From the IMG/VR virus record IMGVR_UViG_3300006226_001702, positions 139,064 through 198,648 of that record: DNA of 59,585 nucleotides, one strand, 5' to 3'. Origin of the DNA: a virus. Taxonomy: Duplodnaviria; Heunggongvirae; Uroviricota; Caudoviricetes. A model generated the notes under the pieces. That model was not told the origin of the DNA, made no database searches, and worked only from the letters and a program-made list of their open reading frames with translations. Positions 55,898 to 59,585 of this stretch are shown in pieces; within the stretch, counting starts at the first letter, position 1; every line of letters starts with the position of its first letter. The translations under genes and the position numbers were made by a program.

Positions 55898-58800
55898 TTA
55901 TTTCTCCTTCCTAATTTTCATTGCTCTATGATTAGATGGTCCTCTTCTAAACCATATTAAGTTGTCACCATAATACTCAAAGCCACCAATTTCTCTTAAT
56001 GCATTTGGAACTGAGTTATCTGACTGTTGAATTTCTTCTTCAAACCAGATGTTTGGTACTTTAATACCTGGGTCAGTCCAAGTCATGTTCTCACTGCTTG
56101 ATATATAAATCTTGACATTTTCATCATGATTTTCAAAATGCTCATCTGTTAGTACCTTATCAAATGCTGGAATATCATTTAAGTTAAACATGAATGTGCC
56201 GCCTGGTAATGTAAAGTCATATTCCCAAGTGCCTTCTTCTATTTTAATCACTTCATCCCATTTTGCATAAAGAATCATATCACCTTCTACTACATCAAAG
56301 TTAAAGTCCCACTTGTGTAAGAATTCTGAATCTTTGTACCAACCACCAAATGTGTGGCCTTCCATTGTTATTTCAACATATGACATAGTTTGACCAACAT
56401 CAACTTCCTTCTTGTAATACACTTGTGCATTAGTTACGAATGACACAGTTGCTTTTGGTTTAGTTGGTGGGTTTGGATCATTTTCCCATTTTGCATAGAG
56501 GATTAAATCACTAGTTACTTTATCTTCTTCAAAGTCCCAGAAGTTTTCAAACCATGGGTCCTTAAACCAACCAACAAATATCAAGTCACCCTTAGTCATT
56601 AAAGTTGGTTCTGACACTAATTCGCCTTCTGTTATTGTTCGTGATGGAGGCATTGGAATACCACCATTTGGAGCAAACTTAACTTCAAATTCTTTGAGTT
56701 CTGGAATCTCTTCTTCCTCTAAAACCCATTTGGCAAATAGAGTCATATCCTTCTTAAGTGTGTTATTTATGAAGTCCCACTTATTAGTTAAGCCTGGGTT
56801 TGTGTACCAGCCTTCTAATTCGTAGCCCTCTAATGTTATACCAGTTGGTTCTTCAACTCTTTCACCTTGAGTTATCCAAATTGTGTCAAGTTGTGGGACA
56901 CCACCATTCATTTCCCATTTAACGAAATGTTCTGGGTCTGGCCATGGGTTTGGTTTTCCTGGGTCTGGATATTCTGGTGGAATTGGCTCAACTGGTGGAT
57001 TACAAATTGGGCAATGACCACAATGACATTCTGGCTTACTTAATTTTGGTACTGTGTTTTCTGATGTGTAAGTGTAACCAAAAATAGCAGCACCATTTTT
57101 AGCGTTATTAGTTTTAGCACAAACATCAACACCAAAGATTCTAGCATTATTTCTAACGTTAAGTGAACCTTGGACGAAGAATACACCACCACCTTTTTCA
57201 GTAGCAGTGTTACAAGCTATGTTAGAGAAGTCTCTCATTGATAATACACCAGCTTTAATGTAAATACCACCACCATTTCTAGCGATGTTGTGATGTATGC
57301 TTGAGTCTCCTTCCATATTTACTGTACCACCATCATTGTAAATTGCACCGTTAAGACAGTTCTTAATTGCAGCAACTCCTCTCATTGTGATAGTTCCTCT
57401 TACGAGATAGAATGGTACATTGCATTGAGGTGAAGTTTGTTGTGCATGTGCATTTCGTTCACCTTCAAATATTACGTTGTTTAATACGACATTTTGTTTC
57501 TCTCTCAATGTAAATACTCGGCAGCAGCAAATTAAAGTTATCGTATGATTTCCTCTTAATTCTACTGTTAAGTTTTGTACATTTGGGAATGTGAAATTGT
57601 CGCCTTTTAAGTTTAATGTGAAACTTTCAAGAATGTTAACGAGATATCTTCTGTTATTTCCACCAACATTAATTTCAGCCATTGCTCGTTTCCAAGTTAG
57701 CTCATCTCTTACTGTTAGTATGTCGTTAAATAGTGATTCTTCTCTTTCGTCAACACCACATGAATGGTCAGGAAGTTCTGGCTCTGGGTCGCCTGGGAGG
57801 ATATATTCGCCGTCGCAATCTTCATCTTCATCATCCTGGTCAGGTCTACCATGTTTTCCATCGAGCCAATCTTGAAGTCTCTCACCCCAAGGATCTGGAC
57901 CTTCATTAAAGTTTGTTAAGAAGTAGCTAATACCATGTTCCCAAACATCTGCTCTAATTGCAACTTTGCCTTGGAACTTTGTTACTGCTATTTCATATTT
58001 AGTGAAGTTAGTTTTGTTTCTAGCAACTTCTTCATCATCTGATAATGGTCTTGGAATATCATCAATTGATTTTTGAAGTTGTGGAACTCTTTCGCCTAAT
58101 CTATTAAAGAATGATTCATTGTCTTCAACTGTTCTTTCTTCTGGATTTCGGCTGCCTAATTGGCGAATTTTATTATCATTTATTTGTAACTTTTCTTGTA
58201 AAGTTATTATCTTGTCTCTAATATCTAAGAGCTTGTTATAGTTATCTTGAATTACTTCTAATTCATCAGGATTATCTTCTAACTTGAATCTCTTAAAGAA
58301 CCTTTCAATTGCTACAAGCTCTTTTTTAAGTTCTTCAATTCTCTGTTTTTCAACTTCACGAGATTCAGCAGTTGAAGTCATTGGCCATTGATTTGAACGC
58401 CAATGTTTTTGTACTGAATTTATGCGCTGTTTTAATCCCAAGTTTTTAGAATTTCTGTTAACGAAATCAACCAATGAATAAAGATAATCATGTAACTCTT
58501 TGAATGTGTTAAACTTTCTAATTACTGAATTGCTAACATAATCAATAGTCGCAAATGAATTACCTCTAAGCATATTAGTCATTTCAACATCTCTTCTAAT
58601 GAGAATGAGATTATGTTTAACTGGTATGCGAATAAGTTCTGGACGCATTGTTTCAAACCATGGGTCGCCAACGAGTCCTTTGTTATTGATAATACCAAAA
58701 TATTTTGACATATCATAGAAGACTTTTCTGTCAAAGTCAGCAAACTTAACATAATTAGTTTTGCTAAATTCTACAATGTCGATAAGTTTCTTAAATACTT

Positions 58801-59251
58801 TCTGGTCAACTGGTCTCATTCTGTGAATGAATGTGTCCCATACTAAGTTTTGATTTCTATATAATTTGATTTGGTCAAAGGCAGCAGCATAATTATCTTT
58901 TGGAGAAACTCTTTCAGAAGCTTTGAATGATGTGAATACTGAAACATATCCAGTAACCATATCAATTTTCCAAAATGTCCAAGCAAATGGACGGAAGTTT
59001 GCTAAACCAGTGATATCACCAGTCATGTGATATTCATCAGCCTCTGCTAATGTTAAGTTTTTAATTCTACCTGTTCTACTGTTTATTACTTGATGTAACA
59101 TTGAAACATAGAGAACCGTTTTATCAACTTGACCCAAGAACGTAATGTACTTGAATCTGTTCATTACACGTTCCCAGTCTTTTCGGATATTAAAAAGCTC
59201 CTCATACCGTTCTTGCACGTGTTCAAATAGTTCTTCAATAACTGTTTGCAT
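55898..59251 (-). CDS. large adhesin-like protein: coiled coil, beta-helix (GGGIY/GGGVF) and three InlB B-type (Flg_new) repeats
   Basis: Three GW(Y/F).....KWDF/FWDF......L(F/Y)AKW repeats. Confidence 0.8.
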   Translation of the reverse strand: MQTVIEELFEHVQERYEELFNIRKDWERVMNRFKYITFLGQVDKTVLYVSMLHQVINSRTGRIKNLTLAEADEYHMTGDITGLANFRPFAWTFWKIDMVTGYVSVFTSFKASERVSPKDNYAAAFDQIKLYRNQNLVWDTFIHRMRPVDQKVFKKLIDIVEFSKTNYVKFADFDRKVFYDMSKYFGIINNKGLVGDPWFETMRPELIRIPVKHNLILIRRDVEMTNMLRGNSFATIDYVSNSVIRKFNTFKELHDYLYSLVDFVNRNSKNLGLKQRINSVQKHWRSNQWPMTSTAESREVEKQRIEELKKELVAIERFFKRFKLEDNPDELEVIQDNYNKLLDIRDKIITLQEKLQINDNKIRQLGSRNPEERTVEDNESFFNRLGERVPQLQKSIDDIPRPLSDDEEVARNKTNFTKYEIAVTKFQGKVAIRADVWEHGISYFLTNFNEGPDPWGERLQDWLDGKHGRPDQDDEDEDCDGEYILPGDPEPELPDHSCGVDEREESLFNDILTVRDELTWKRAMAEINVGGNNRRYLVNILESFTLNLKGDNFTFPNVQNLTVELRGNHTITLICCCRVFTLREKQNVVLNNVIFEGERNAHAQQTSPQCNVPFYLVRGTITMRGVAAIKNCLNGAIYNDGGTVNMEGDSSIHHNIARNGGGIYIKAGVLSMRDFSNIACNTATEKGGGVFFVQGSLNVRNNARIFGVDVCAKTNNAKNGAAIFGYTYTSENTVPKLSKPECHCGHCPICNPPVEPIPPEYPDPGKPNPWPDPEHFVKWEMNGGVPQLDTIWITQGERVEEPTGITLEGYELEGWYTNPGLTNKWDFINNTLKKDMTLFAKWVLEEEEIPELKEFEVKFAPNGGIPMPPSRTITEGELVSEPTLMTKGDLIFVGWFKDPWFENFWDFEEDKVTSDLILYAKWENDPNPPTKPKATVSFVTNAQVYYKKEVDVGQTMSYVEITMEGHTFGGWYKDSEFLHKWDFNFDVVEGDMILYAKWDEVIKIEEGTWEYDFTLPGGTFMFNLNDIPAFDKVLTDEHFENHDENVKIYISSSENMTWTDPGIKVPNIWFEEEIQQSDNSVPNALREIGGFEYYGDNLIWFRRGPSNHRAMKIRKEK

Positions 59252-59342
59252 TCCAACTCCTACGAGAAATATGTAGTCTCAATCGTCTTCATATCAGAAT
59301 AAGTCTTTATTATAGATTTTCATCTGTCAAACTTCATCATAT

Positions 59343-59585
59343 TTAGATGTCTGATTGATTGGACTCTCCTACGTTGCCGTGGTTTTTCATCGAAGAGTGT
59401 TTCCCTTTCAACTTATTATTTAGTTTTGATTGTTGTTCTATTTGCTTAATCTCTATTGCAAGCTTTACAGCAATGTCTTTTAATTCAATTGCTACATATC
59501 TTGAACGTATCTGAGGGAGTGCTTTTTTGATAACTTTTAATAGTTTGGGTGTTAATAATACGATTTTTTCTTGAGGTGTTTTCAT
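59343..59585 (-). CDS. hypothetical protein, possibly 5'-truncated
   Basis: ORF at window edge. Confidence 0.35.
   Translation of the reverse strand: MKTPQEKIVLLTPKLLKVIKKALPQIRSRYVAIELKDIAVKLAIEIKQIEQQSKLNNKLKGKHSSMKNHGNVGESNQSDI

Noticed and set aside
1-59585. Stop-codon reassignment
   Set aside because: Conserved genes are full length in code 11, TAG and TGA are used as stops, and no suppressor tRNA was seen

Overview
Segment of a large AT-rich, T4-like (myovirus-type) jumbo phage genome read with the standard genetic code; most genes are on the - strand. From left to right it carries: (i) a truncated SF2 helicase and a four-gene deamidating NAD+ salvage operon (NadM-Nudix, PncA, NadE, PncB); (ii) a CCA-adding enzyme with an HD domain; (iii) a head module (gp21-like prohead protease fused to a coiled-coil scaffold, plus acidic LxE-rich proteins) and a baseplate/tail-tube module; (iv) a DUF2828-type TROVE-like/vWA (Ro60-like) gene followed by five structured RNA units sharing a covarying 7-bp stem and a CWGCAA motif; (v) a ~17 kb RNA-rich region with 24 recognisable tRNAs (none encoding CCA), a tmRNA, several tRNA mimics and unassigned structured RNAs, interspersed with two HNH genes, a DgkA-family kinase and a 975-aa hybrid histidine kinase; (vi) dUTPase, Pth2, RecA/UvsX and a tail-fibre/adhesin cluster. 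The best candidate for an undescribed system is the Ro60-like protein with its RNA array, because the same RNA module recurs, circularly permuted, grafted into a tRNA body 14 kb away. A spirochaete (Treponema-like) host is suggested but is inference only. All RNA calls and folds were made by eye.
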